DNA of 62,761 nucleotides, filler included, from Pirum gemmata (Eukaryota): NCBI GenBank assembly GCA_002812295.1. It is 16 parts of 16 records of this genome, joined end to end, with 100 filler letters (N's around TTAATTAATTAA, not from the genome) between each part and the next. Parts side by side here need not be neighbours in the genome. Positions count along the whole stretch, not along the records: positions 43,544 to 48,554 come from PDIN01002528.1; positions 48,655 to 52,114 come from PDIN01002529.1; positions 52,215 to 55,668 come from PDIN01002530.1; positions 55,769 to 59,186 come from PDIN01002531.1; 12 more parts are not named here. One strand, 5' to 3'. Shown piece by piece: positions 44,931 to 57,992 of this stretch (position 1 is its first letter; each line of letters starts with the position of its first letter). The notes under the pieces were generated by a model. It saw only the letters and a program-made list of their open reading frames with translations, ran no database searches and was not told where the DNA came from. The position numbers and the translations under genes were made by a program.

Positions 44931-46678
44931 NNNNNNNNNNNNNNNNNNNNNNNNNNNNNNNNNNNNNNNNNNNNNNNNNNNNNNNNNNNNNNNNNNNNNN
45001 NNNNNNNNNNNNNNNNNNNNNNNNNNNNNNNNNNNNNNNNNNNNNNNNNNNNNNNNNNNNNNNNNNNNNNNNNNNNNNNNGTTTTAATTAATTTGGTATT
45101 TTATAATTAATATTGTATTTTATAAAAAAGTCCAATTATACAATTAAACAGTACCAAATTAAAGATTGAGAGGACAACTGTAATGAAATAGACTACTACT
45201 CTAGACCTACTACTACTGCTACTACTGCTACTACTACTACTGATACTAGACTACTACTAAAAAAATAATATATCTAGTCTAGTGCTTTTCAGACTCTTTT
45301 CAGTTTTTTTGTCATCATAAAATATACAATAAATAGTACCAAATTAATATAATATAAATCCATTTAATTTAATTTGGTATATTTTATTATCTATATTGTA
45401 TATGATAAGTATATAGTATAATAACAAAGACCCAGGAAAAAGAAATGGAAAAAGAAATCTACAAAGAAATAATTATTGTTGTTTTTTCATGGAGTTTGTA
45501 ACTTTGTATGATTTATAGCAAGGAGTTCAAAAAAAAAAAAAAACTTATATTATAGACTTTATAGTTCATTATGCATAGAAAAAATATTTGATAATAATAC
45601 ATTTGACATTTTGGTTGTTTGTGTGTGCAGGTGTGTGCAGCTGTGTGTGTGTGTGTTTTTTTTTTCTTATTATAAAAAAAGAAACTTTTTTTGAAGTCCT
45701 TGATTATTATTATTATTATTTTTCAGTTATTTTTCTTTTTTCTGTTTTTTTTTCGTAGACTATTTCTGTTTTTTCATTTTTTTCAAAACTAGCGACTCGA
45801 GTAGCGAGTAGAGTGTATGTGGGTTTCTAAAGTTTCTAAGTAGTATTCTAGCAAGTATTAATTGTATTAATAGTACTCTAGCTAGCTAGAGGGCTTCTAG
45901 AGGTTAAATTTTTGAAATGACTCACGCCCCTCACGACCTCAGCTCCTCATTCCTCAACGACCTCAAATTTAAAAGCTTCAAATTCAAAAGCTTGTTAATG
46001 TGAAATTGTCTAGGTGAAATTGTGAATGTGTGTTTTTTTTGGATGGCAGCGTTGTGGATTCACAATGTGGAATGGGCTGGATAAATACACTATAAATACA
46101 GTATAAATACAGATATAAATACATATTACCTCTTTCTGAGACTTTCTATACTACTCAGCTATATACTACTATAGCTATAGCTACTAGTAGAGATCTTGTT
46201 TTGTTTTGCTTTACTTTTTGCTTTTGTTTTCTTTTGTTTTCTTTTGTTTTCTTTTGTTTTCTTTTGTTTTCTTTTGTTTTCTTTTGCTTTTGTTTTCTTT
46301 TGCTTTTGTTTTCTTTTGTTTTCTTTTTCTTTTGTTTTCTTTTGTTTTCTTTTGCTTTTGTTTTCTTTTGTTTTCTTTTGCTTTTCTTTCCTTTTGTTTT
46401 GTATTCGCAAAAAAAATGTGTTAAATGACTGCTTAATTAAAAAACAATTAAGTTACTAAGCGAAAAATGGACTTTCTTTTTTTTCTTGTCCACAAAAAAA
46501 TAGGTTCGAAGAATCGAAACTGATTCGAAAAGGTACTAAGACTTATATATTATGATAAAAAAAAAAAATTGGTCTCCTGTAAACATTATTACATTATTCG
46601 GTAATAAATAATCCGACAGACTCCGACAGTCAAATTACAACAAAGGTTGATGAACTTGATGATTTTCCAGAGTTAGTC

Positions 46679-46859
46679 TATCATGCTTTTCACTGATCGA
46701 AACATACAATAAATAGTACCAAATTAATACAATATAAATCCATTTCATTTAATTTGGTATATTTTATTTATTTATTTATTTAAAAGCATTAAAACTTAAA
46801 TATTATAAACAACCAAATAAATATTCAGAGTGACAAAATAAATAAAAAGCTCTACGATA
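46679..46859 (+). mobile_element. MITE family C copy
   Basis: TATCATGCTTTTCA...ATTCAGAGTGACAAAATAAATAAAAAGC. Confidence 0.8.
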
Positions 46860-47512
46860 TAAAACTTGAGATAAAAGTAGGTAGACTTCGATATATCGAT
46901 TATTACAATTTATTAGCTGGCTAGCTCTAGCTAGCTAGTAGTCAGCTCTAGCCTCCATGGCCCCACGGGTGTGGTGCGCTTTGAGCCTAATATAAAAATA
47001 GAAATTCCTTTCTTGTTTCGATTTATTTTGGAAGTATTTTGGACCAATTTTTGGTTGCAAAAAAAATTTTTTTTAACTGTAAAAAATAGACCGAAAAATA
47101 CTAGCGAAAAATACTTTGAACTTCTATTTTCAGTAGTATTAAATTTTCAATACATCTCTATCATCCCTGTTCACAGTCGATACTGTATGTAGAGTTTACC
47201 AGCACTGGTACAAGCAGTGTGGCAAGGTGTCAAGGTCTTCCCGGCCAGTGTTGGGCTTTAGTATCGTAACAGCTATCGTAACTTCATAAGTGTGCATGCA
47301 TCATACATAACACAGCTGTATAACACAGTCATAGGGGTTAGAGTAGTGTTAGGGTTAGGGTTAGGGTTAGGGTTAGGGTTGGGGTTAGGGTTAGGGTTAG
47401 ACCTACTTAGTACCATTACTCACACCTCCTATTGTTATTGAAGAGGGGGTATAAACATAGTATTTTAATAAAAAAAACACTACTAGACCTACTCTACTAC
47501 TACCTAAGGTAT

Positions 47513-47696
47513 TATCGTGCTTTTATTTATTTTGCCACTCCAAATATTTATTTGGTGGGTTATAATATTTAAATTGATATTTTTAAATCAATACATAGAT
47601 AATGAAATATACGAAATTAAATTAAATGGTATTGTATTGTATTAATTTGGTACTCTTTATTGCATATTTTATTATGACAAAATAACTGAAAACCAC
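47513..47696 (-). mobile_element. MITE family C copy (inverted)
   Basis: TATCGTGCTTTTATTTATTTTGCCACTC...ACTGAAAACCAC. Confidence 0.8.
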
Positions 47697-48019
47697 TTTA
47701 AAAACATATTATGATATGATACTCAGTTACAACTTACAAGTTATGATATATCAGATATATCAGATATTAAGGTTTAAACTGTATGATATTGTACAATTTA
47801 TATGATCGTAAAAAGTCAAAGTTGTGTAGGCTTGTTAACAAGAATTTGCTAATAGGCATTGCCGCATTGTCAGCGGCATTGATACAATGATAATTTGATG
47901 AGTCTATTTTACAGCAAATCTAATTTGGGTGAGCCACTTTTGGACAAATCGCATTTTCTCTTCAGATTTTCTCTCATTTCTCTTTCCATTTGAAGGGATC
48001 ATTTCTAAAGTCTACAAAG

Positions 48020-48213
48020 TAGGGGTGAGATATCTACTGGAACTTTTTTCGAACAGATGCTTATCGAGCAAACCTTAGTTCCGTGTTTTTACTAATAATA
48101 GTAGTTAAATAGCTTAATATAGTAAATTTAATTATAGTAGATACCAATTGAAGTAATAGTATTAATATTAATAGTAATAAAACCATAAAAATCGGAAAAG
48201 TTCTGGCAGCTGC
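48020..48213 (+). mobile_element. MITE family A copy (right TIR lost)
   Basis: TAGGGGTGAGATATCTACTGGAACTTTTTTCGAACAGATGC... Confidence 0.85.
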
Positions 48214-49770
48214 TTCAGTACTTAGTAGTTAGTACTACTAGTCAGTCAGTAGCAGTATCATAATAATAATAACCACTGATGGAGACCGAGGTTAGGCAAG
48301 GGTGTCGTTGAAGGGACCGACGGACCGACCGTTGGGTGGTAGGCTGGTAGCTCTCCCCCCCCCCCTTCCCCCGATTACCACATCCCTACAGTAGTCTAGC
48401 AATATCGCGATAGTGAGACTAGTCTACGTCTCATGGTACTTGCCACTCCCTTTTAGTGATGCCACTGAATAGTGCCACCGTCATTACAGTTGTCCTTGAT
48501 ACAATGATATTTAGTTATTAAATGTTATTTATTATTGTTATTGTTATTGTTATTNNNNNNNNNNNNNNNNNNNNNNNNNNNNNNNNNNNNNNNNNNNNTT
48601 AATTAATTAANNNNNNNNNNNNNNNNNNNNNNNNNNNNNNNNNNNNNNNNNNNNTGCGTATTTATAACACAAATTAGTAGACTGCAAAACAATGAAAAAT
48701 ATAAGCACAAGAATAATTATTTTAGATCGCATCTTAATTTTTTTTTTTTTTCACAAATTCCTCATGGCTAGAAAATTCCAAAAAAAGAAATGATTTTAGT
48801 TATGATTTTTAAAAAATCAAAGAAATGCAAACTAAAAAAGAAAATATTAGTAAAATATTACTAAAAACTACTAAAATATATGTAGTTAAAAAAAAAAAAT
48901 ATTCCAATTTATTCTGCAATTACAATTTATAAAAGTGCTGTATAAAATTTTGTGTGCTAAATAAAAGTGTGCACTGTCGAATGTCCATTGGCTTCTCCGA
49001 AAGTTCTATTTTTTTTTTGTGTTTCTGTTGTTTTGCAAGCAACAAATTATTGCAGGTCCTTTATTGCTATATAGATGATGCCTACTAGGTAGCTCCTAGG
49101 AGTTCCTAGCTAGGTGGTGCCTTTCAGTTTTGTCATCAATTAATATAATATAAAAATCCATTTAATTTAATTTTGTATATTTTATTAGCTATTTATTGAT
49201 TCAAATATGTCAATTTAAAGATTATAACCCACCAAATAAATATTCAGAGTGACAGTAGAAGTTTCAGTACCTAGATTTGCTATCGTGTTTTTAATTATGT
49301 TTATTTTATTTTGTTGATTTTGTTAATATATGTTTTCAAGTGTTAATAACGTTGTCATTATTTTTGTATTTTTGCTTTAGAGTTTCTGGTGTTAGGGTGT
49401 TGTTGCTGTTGATCTGTTTTAGTTGTTGTTGTAGGTTTTTGATTTTTTTTTATTGTTCTTTCTGTAATGTGTTTTGAAATGTGATGCATTCATGTGTTTT
49501 AATTTCTTGTGTAAGTTGTTGAAGAGGTTTTCTTGTTTTTTGTTATTTTTGATTATATTTTTGATGCTGTTTTTGTTTATTTTGGGTGTTTTTAAGTATT
49601 CTGTGAGAATGTTGTTGGATAAGGTGATAGATATTAGGTGGTGGTCAAAAATTGGTTTTAGAGTTATATTGTTGATTGGTGATTCTATTAGTTTTATGTT
49701 TACTGAATAGCACGCGTACGATACCTAGCTAGCTAGTCTCTTTAGACTACCAGTCGGACTACCAGTAGGC

Positions 49771-49975
49771 TATCGTCTATTTCATTACAGTTGTCCTCTC
49801 AATCTTTAATTTGGTACTGTTTAAGTATATAATTCAACTTGTTTATAAAATACAACACTAGGTATAAAATACCAAATTAATTAAAACATGTCTTGATAGT
49901 TTAATTAACCATAATAATACTTTGGTAAGTTTATTTCAGTTTTTGCACTGGACAACACTTTTGAAAAACACAATA
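49771..49975 (-). mobile_element. MITE family B, full inverted copy
   Basis: TATCGTCTATTTCA...TGAAAAACACAATA termini. Confidence 0.85.
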
Positions 49976-52300
49976 GTATATTTGGTTGTTTACTACCTAC
50001 TATCTAACTAGACTCTACATAAAATATATAAGTCTCTATTACAAATTATTGTATCCTATGATAGTAAAGTGATATTTTTTAAAAGGACTTCAAAAAAAAA
50101 ATTTTGAACCCTTTTCGAACTTGCAAGTTGAAGTTACACTATTGGGAAAAAACATTAGGGATTTTTCTAGACCACTAGCTAACTTAGTACTAGCTAGCTA
50201 GCCAGTAGTCTACTAGCTAGCTAGCCAGTAGTCTATGAAAGAAAGTAAAAAGTTAACGTTCGTTTACAAACAAGAGCTTTTTTTTTTAGTTTTTTTATAT
50301 TATTCATAGGAGCTAAAAATCCAAAAATCTTTTTTTTAAAATAAACCAATATTAATAAAAGTACTACCAAATTATAAAATATAGTCTACTACGAAAACTC
50401 TATTATGAACCAATGCCTAGTTTTTAAAAATAATTTGACTATTTAGAATCAAAGAATTTTAGAAAAGAAGTATAAAAAAATAATTTCAACAGTTTTATCG
50501 GGCTTGGCTGTTTTTTTAATAAAAAAAAAAAAAAAAGATTATTTAGTTACCACTCTCGTTTTTTTTTCTTGTTTTTTTTCTGAGAAATTTTGTTTCAAAC
50601 ATTTTACATTTTGAGTTAGTTATGTAACGCAGGCAACGTGGTACTCTGATCTAAATTGCAATTATTTTCAAAAATTGTTTTCAAAAAGGGGTTAGCTTTT
50701 TGTATTATTATTACCGGTATCATATTATTATGCCTAAAGCTAGACTAGTCTTTTTCATATCGATATCAATGAAAAAATACTTTTAGTTATTTTTTTCAAA
50801 TTTTAGAAATTTTGAGGACAACAACAATGAAAAAGACGATATTATATCTATATTATTATGCATATTGCATACTACTATATATATTAACAGCCTCGTTGTC
50901 GAAATGTAAGATGTTAGGGTTAAGATTAGGATTAGGGTTAGGATCAGGGTTAGGGTTAGGGTTGCATACAGCCACGCTGTCGAAATATAAAATCTTAGGG
51001 TTAGGGTTAGGGTTAGGGTGTGAAGCAACATGGTTTGTTAATATTACTAGTCGTTTTTCGTTTCACTAAAGTACATGACTTTATACAACATAAAGGGAAA
51101 GTTGAATATTTTTTGTTTGCCAGAAAGTAATCATTAAATTTTATTCCCGTCGATAAAAATGAGTTTAAATGACTGCTGATGAAATTGTTCTAATATTGTT
51201 CTTATCTATTTAATCGAAAAACGGAAAATTAACAAAGTTAATTGGTCTATCATAATTATTGTAAAAAATTACAGAAAAGAAAACTAAGAAAACCCACAGA
51301 AAACTAGCTAGCAACCAATAAAAAACATAAAAGTTTTAATCGAAAGTTCAAAAAAGTGTCAAAAAAGTAGTTGTTTTTTAAAAAAATTAATTTTTAGAAA
51401 AAATGGTTACATGTAACATGATCTTATCATGTTACGTACTGTGTTACCTGTATACTTATAATATTATAGTATTTTTTCAATCTTTTGTAAAACCATTCGG
51501 ACCCTATTAGTGGTGGAGGTTGGGAGAATGGGAATTTTTCCGTGCACATGTTCTATCAATTATATTATAAATTTCAGAGTTGTGAGTCCCGAAGATTTTC
51601 GGGACGACCGTCCCGATAAACTCCGGATCGATCCGAAAGCCCTTTCGGACGCTTCGGACGGATCCGAAAAAGTCTTCGGATTGCTTCGGATAGTAAAAAT
51701 GATGTCATAGTCTCATAGATTCTAATTACTAATAATAGAAAAATTATTTAAAATTATAGACTAGCTAGGTCTAGCTAGCTAGCTAGGGTCTAATAATAAT
51801 AATAAAATAGAAAGAAAAATCAAAAAAAATAAAAAATTCGCCCGACTAGCTACTACTAGCTAGAGTAGTAACTAGACTACTAGCTAGCTAGCTAGCTAGC
51901 TAGAGTAGACTAGCTAGTCAGAGAGAGTCCATAGCTAAGCTGTCTAACTGCTGTCTACTAGCTAGCTAGACTCTAGCTAGCTAGAAGATGAAAATTTTTT
52001 ATCTGGTATTTTTCATAATCAGCTGGATAGACCTATAAATAGTATATAAATCATAAAATTATTATAATAATTATTTATATAAAACACTATCCTATCATTT
52101 TATTTATTATTATTNNNNNNNNNNNNNNNNNNNNNNNNNNNNNNNNNNNNNNNNNNNNTTAATTAATTAANNNNNNNNNNNNNNNNNNNNNNNNNNNNNN
52201 NNNNNNNNNNNNNNTAATAATAATAATAATAATAATTTTTAATAATAATAATAATAAAATTAATAATTAATTAAATAGGAATATTTATTACTTCAACAAA

Positions 52301-53767
52301 TCATCCAAAAACAGAATTAACTTTATCGCATACAAAAGATAATTTTTCAGAGCACTTATTTCCAAATATTGTAGCTTGACAAAGAAATGGATAAACAATT
52401 GCGTCGGTGATAGCGGAGGCAACCATACCACAATACAAATCAACAGATGCTGTTAATACAACATTACTTAACGGAGCTACCCCGCAAAAGGTGTCCACGA
52501 TTTTTTTGGCTGTTTCACCAGAAAACAAACTTTTTAAAGAACAAATGCTCATAGTTAAAAAATTAACTATCATTTTGAAAGGTCCGCTAAGAATCACCTT
52601 ATCTCTAATTTTTTTCGGAATTTTCTCATAGGAAATTAAACAAATAGGTTGCGTTTGAAATGCTGCTGCCATTGGAAAGTTTGTTTTTATAAAAACATCA
52701 AGGCCGTTTGATAAAGCCATTGAAGCCATAAACGTGATTTGACAAGCGTACGCTTTCGCGATGTCAAGGGCTTTCGAAACGACCAGTGCTACTTTTTCTG
52801 ATATTAATTTGATGTACCCAATACCACCAACATTAGAGACTAATTTATTTATTGCCACTAAAGATTGTTCTTTATTTTTCAAATTATTTATCATTACTCT
52901 TAAGCGATATTCAGAGTCTTCATTTTCTTTGGCCAAGGCCTTGACTCGGTTATTTAAACGGATTAAGGTCTGAAGCGTTTGGTTTACTTCAGCCTCGGGG
53001 TTAGGGCTAGTACTGTTCCCTAAAAGAAGCAGTTCTCCCTTCGAAGATAACAGTTTAATCTGTTCATAACTAACACGTAATTCTTCAGTTTCATCCAGTT
53101 TCCATTCAATATTTTTAATTTGAGCTTCAATATTAACAATGTGAGTTTCGATTTCAGTCCTTTTTTTATCCAAATCAAATGTATCGACCAAAGTATCGTA
53201 AATAGCACCGGCAGGTTTATAGAAGTAACCGACAAAATCTAAAAGATTTTTTTCTGCACATAAATAATCATTTCTTTGAATACCGCTATTATCCGCTACA
53301 AGGGTAGCACTGAAACGCTGATTATTCGATCTAAAAAAGCCATCTTTGCACTGTACGTTGATCAAACCAATATCATTGCAAAAATTTCTATCTTCTTCGT
53401 GCACGGTTTTGCACATGGAAATATAACTTTCAGTCTTATGATAATGTTCATCACAAGTATTCCAAAGTTGTATTTCGGCAATTTTGACATTTTTCGTATC
53501 TAATAAATCATAATTTACGGTTGAATAAAGAGCACCAGTAGGAGACCACCAAGGATGATTTACTTTGTAAGTATTGACCGCATTATAATTTATATCGTTT
53601 GGTGCTTGACCCCAACCAGAACCATTGTGTTTTTTCCCGGAAAGTTTCGCTTTTAAATTACCAAATTTCGAATGGTGTAATTTATTGGTAATAGTTTGAT
53701 CACATGTTGCGTTACTATAACCCAACAACATGATGAGGGATGTAGAAGCAAATATAAATTTAGTCAT
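52301..53767 (-). CDS. 488-aa secreted protein of unknown function (Cys-containing N-domain, central coiled coil, Cys-rich amphipathic helical C-domain)
   Basis: Intronless ORF with normal composition. Signal MTKFIFASTSLIMLLGYSNA; heptad-like region at about aa 200-310. Confidence 0.85.
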   Translation of the reverse strand: MTKFIFASTSLIMLLGYSNATCDQTITNKLHHSKFGNLKAKLSGKKHNGSGWGQAPNDINYNAVNTYKVNHPWWSPTGALYSTVNYDLLDTKNVKIAEIQLWNTCDEHYHKTESYISMCKTVHEEDRNFCNDIGLINVQCKDGFFRSNNQRFSATLVADNSGIQRNDYLCAEKNLLDFVGYFYKPAGAIYDTLVDTFDLDKKRTEIETHIVNIEAQIKNIEWKLDETEELRVSYEQIKLLSSKGELLLLGNSTSPNPEAEVNQTLQTLIRLNNRVKALAKENEDSEYRLRVMINNLKNKEQSLVAINKLVSNVGGIGYIKLISEKVALVVSKALDIAKAYACQITFMASMALSNGLDVFIKTNFPMAAAFQTQPICLISYEKIPKKIRDKVILSGPFKMIVNFLTMSICSLKSLFSGETAKKIVDTFCGVAPLSNVVLTASVDLYCGMVASAITDAIVYPFLCQATIFGNKCSEKLSFVCDKVNSVFG

Positions 53768-54035
53768 TGTAATTTATTTTTTAATATATATTATAATATA
53801 ATATACTTATTACTACTAGTACTACTACTAATTACTACTGCTAATTATTAAAAAGTAAAAATAAAATGAAAATTTTTAAATGATATAAATTTTGAAAATA
53901 CAAATTTTCAATTAATTTTTTTTTTGAAGAATTTGAGTATCCATTGATATTTATATGTTAAAAAAAATAAAATAATATAAAATACGTAAAACAAAAAAAC
54001 AAAAAACAAAACAAATAATAATAATGAAAAAAAAA

Positions 54036-54066
<31 letters not shown>

Positions 54067-55142
54067 TAATAATAAATAAAATAAAATATAAATTTGGAAG
54101 TAAAATTTTATTATGCAATAACTGGCCAAGGACTTTCGATTTTTTTTTTTGTGGGTTAGGGTTTTAGGGGGTAAAAGACATAGTGTTGTCAGTTCAAAAA
54201 CTGAAATAAACGTACCAAACTATCGGACATGATTTAATTTATTTGGCATTTTATACTTAATGCTGTATTTTATTAACAAGTTCAATTATACATGTACACA
54301 GTACCAAATCAAAGACTGTAATCAGCTATTGTGTCCTTGTTTATATAAAGAATTATGATAGTTCACCTTCAAATATTCAGGCTTAAATTTATTTTTTGTT
54401 TTTTAAAATAATTCATAATAATACTAAACGCAAAACTTAAATTATTGTTTTAATAATTAAAAAAGGGTTAGGATTATTATAATATGATAATTAAAAGGTT
54501 ATGAATTGTTAAGATTAGGGTTTGGCGTTGGAATTAGGGTTAGGAATCTTCTAAAGGATGTATATGGGATAAAATTATGAGGCTAGAGGGGTTTTAAAAA
54601 GTATTAATTAGGGTGAGGGTTAGGGTCTTCGTTACAAAAAAGAAAAGAAAAAGAAAACTAAGCTGTTAAACTAACTGTAAATTCCCCTTAATTAATTAAT
54701 TTTGTTTTGAATCCCATGGTTTTACAGGTTAGAAAGCACTTAGAAATGAGAAGAAGTTAGAACGTGGCTAAAATATTCTTAGCTATATATTATAATTATA
54801 TTATATGTGAAACCAGCTGGTATACATTACATAATGTGGAATATGGACACGCTATTTGACCATGTTTTTTGGGAATCTTTTTTCAAAATAATGTTATACA
54901 CCAATCATTTTTTGAAACAAAAATTTTGAAAATATTTAACCATTTTTGGTAAAACTATTTGCTATTTCGTATAAGCCTCTCCCAATTAATTTTTTGAAAA
55001 AAAAAAAAAAGGAGATTGATTCTACCACTATAAAAATATAAGCTTGAAATTTTCAAACCTATTTATTTATTAATAAACTCGAAAACATTAATTTCGAACA
55101 GACCAAACAGACCAGAAATTCTGCTAGTCTATCTCAGCTTCT

Positions 55143-55321
55143 AATTCTGCTTTAGCCCGAAAACTCGAATTTCTTCTGTTCGAAAATTATTTTTTCCATT
55201 TTTTCTATGATATAAATAAATAAATATACTCGAATACTTAACTGTTAGCTTAAAATGTTCGAACTTATTTAATTAATTCATAGACTCGAAAACTCGATTT
55301 TTAAACAAAGCAGAATGGGAG
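55143..55321 (+). mobile_element. MITE family D copy
   Basis: AATTCTGCTTT...AAAGCAGAATGGGAG termini. Confidence 0.78.
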
Positions 55322-55768
55322 AACGTATGTTATTTATTTATTTATTTATTTTTNNNNNNNNNNNNNNNNNNNNNNNNTTTTTTTTTTTTTTTTTTACAAT
55401 ATTTCAGAATAATTATTATAATAATATTATCTTTTTTCCCAGAGAGTCAGAGAGTCACAGACTACTTTAGCAGCTAGTGATTGGTTGTAAAAGGGTTAGC
55501 AGCCAGTGTTAGCCGAGTATGGCACTGTGTTTATAGTAACTGTTAGTTTTGTTTTGGTTATGTTCTCGGTTTTGGTTTTTTGTTGTTTTTTGTTATAGAA
55601 TTCGAATATTATTTATTAGAATCTATAATATTTCGTATTATCATTAGTATTTTCTTTTATTATTATTANNNNNNNNNNNNNNNNNNNNNNNNNNNNNNNN
55701 NNNNNNNNNNNNTTAATTAATTAANNNNNNNNNNNNNNNNNNNNNNNNNNNNNNNNNNNNNNNNNNNN

Positions 55769-56030
55769 TTAGGGTTAGGGTTAGGGTTAGGGTGTTAGGG
55801 TGTTAGGGTTAGGATTAGGATTAGGATCTTAAGGTTGGGGTTATAAGTTAGGGTTAGTGTTAGGGTTAGGTTGACAAGTTGTTAGGGTTAGGTGTTAGGG
55901 TTAGGGTATAATTAGGGTTATTGTGTTAGAGTTACGTTAAGGCTAGGTTGTTAGGGTTAGCGTTAGGGTTAGGGGTTAAGGTTTTAAGGTTAACGTTAAG
56001 GTTAAAGTTAAATATAAGGTTAGGGTTAGT
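55769..56030 (+). repeat. Degenerate (TTAGGG)n region at the scaffold start
   Basis: TTAGGG units and variants. Confidence 0.85.
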
Positions 56031-56475
56031 GGTTGATTAGACTAGGTTTAGGAACAAATGGGTTAGTGGTTGATTAGACTAGGTTTAGGAACAAATGTAA
56101 TTATATATATATAATATGACATAATATATACAATGATATTATTATGGATAAAATTATTAAAACGTTAATTAAAACCCATGATAAAAATTTTAATGGTTTA
56201 ATTAATATTTCTATAACATTTTGCTTGTTTTTTTCTTTTGTATTATTATTATTATTATGCATAAAAATTTAATTTAATTAATAATATTAATAATAATAAA
56301 AAAAGTTAGAGTTAGCTATAGGGTTAGGAGTAATGTTAGGGTTAGGGTTAGGGTTAAGGTTAGGGTTAGGGTTAGGAACTTTGGGTTACAGAAAAGATAG
56401 CGAGTGCTAGAGGTTAGGGGTTGGGTCTGCAAAAGTACTAGTTAGTCATCATATAGGGGCTTTTCCTCTTTACCC

Positions 56476-56720
56476 CCATATTCTGGCATCTTATCATCAT
56501 ATTTGGGCATCTTATATTCTGGCACCTCATCACCATATTCTGACATACCACCATTTTGTGGTATCGTATTACCATATTCTAGCATCACATCTCCATATTC
56601 TGGCATCTTATTACCATCTTATATAACCCTAACCCTAACCCTAACCCTAACCCTAACCCTGACCCTAACCCTAACCCTAACCCTAACCCTCATCGCCATA
56701 TTCTGGCATCTCATCGCCAT
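56476..56720 (+). repeat. 21-bp minisatellite (CCATATTCTGGCATCTYATCR) interrupted by (CCCTAA)n at about 56625-56690
   Basis: The unit recurs about 8 times, on both sides of the telomeric tract. Confidence 0.8.
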
Positions 56721-57095
56721 ACAGAACTGACCACCGGCCTAGTAGCTTTCGTAAGAGATTGGGAGGGAGTACTAGTGGGAGTCTGGGAGACACTCATTAG
56801 AGTTTTAGAGTTTTAGTGTTATTTTGGAAGTTGTTACAAATTCAGTGACATACTTAGACTAAATGAATAGAAATTATGCAAACAACTTAATTAATATCGC
56901 AATATTAATCATTTTAAAAAAAATAAAAACATTTTCGATAAAATATTAATCAAAAACTAGTCTAAATCAAGAACTTTTTTAAAAAAAGAGAAACTGGTGT
57001 ACATGTTCTTGATAAAATTTATTTATTTATTCACGATTCATTTATGAATAAAAATATTTTAAAAGTGAGTTGACTCTTTTTTATTTTTATAATCT

Positions 57096-57302
57096 TATCG
57101 CAGTTTTCAATAGTGTACATGTTGTTCAGTTCAAAAACTGAAATAAAACTTACCAAATTGTTATTATGGTTAAACTATCAGACATGTTTTAATTAATTTG
57201 GCATTTTATACTTAATGTTGTATTTTATAAACAAGTTCAATTATACAATTAAACAGTACCAAATTAAAGATTGAGAGGTCAACTGTAATAAAATAGACGA
57301 TA
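57096..57302 (+). mobile_element. MITE family B, full copy
   Basis: TATCGCAGTTTTCA...TAAAATAGACGATA. Confidence 0.85.
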
Positions 57303-57384
57303 ACAGGGTTTGGGTTAGGATTACACAAAAGATATTTTTGATAGAAAAATTAGATTACGTTACAAAAAACTGGAAAAAAAATAT

Positions 57385-57549
57385 TATCGTGTTTTCAGTT
57401 CAAAAACTGAAATAAACATACCAAATAATTATTATGTTAAATTATCGGGCATGTTTTAAATAATTTGGTATTGTATACATAATACGTATTATATAAACAA
57501 ATTTTAAAAAACAGTACCAAATTAAAGATTGAGAGGACGACTGTGATGT
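57385..57549 (+). mobile_element. MITE family B, degenerate copy
   Basis: TATCGTGTTTTCAGTTCAAAAACTGA...GATTGAGAGGACGACTGTGATG. Confidence 0.75.
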
Positions 57550-57551
57550 GA

Positions 57552-57793
57552 TAGGAGGGGAGGGGTGAGAACTCTTATGGCGAACTTTTTTGACCGAGGC
57601 ACAAAGTAAATGTTGTTCGCCTGTTTCGCCTTACCATATTTAGTATTTGTAATTATTTATTTAGTATCTACTTATTTAAGTAGTTACTTTAAAAAGAGTT
57701 TATTATACTATTTATAGTAACTTTAGGCAAATTTCTGAAAGTTCGCCGGTCCGAGCATCCAATTAGTAAGATGACGTCATCTCATCCCTCCTG
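57552..57793 (+). mobile_element. MITE related to family A
   Basis: TAGGAGGGG(AGGGG)TGAGA...ATGACGTCATCTCATCCCTCCTG. Confidence 0.75.
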
Positions 57794-57802
57794 TAGCTAT
57801 AG

Positions 57803-57992
57803 TATTGTGATTTTCATTTATTTTGTCACTCTGAATATTTATTTGGCAGGTTATAACCTTCAAATTGACATTTTTAAATGAAATAAATAGATAATAAAAT
57901 ATACCAAATGAAATGAAATGGATTTATATTATTTTAATTTGGTACTCTTTACTGCGCATTTTATGATGCCAACAAAACTGAAAAGCATTATA
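57803..57992 (-). mobile_element. MITE family C copy (inverted)
   Basis: TATTGTGATTTTCATTTATTTTGTCACTCTG...ACTGAAAAGCAT. Confidence 0.82.

Noticed and set aside
48278..48392. GC-rich patch as an RNA gene
   Set aside because: No recognisable tRNA, rRNA or snRNA motifs and no convincing stem pattern.
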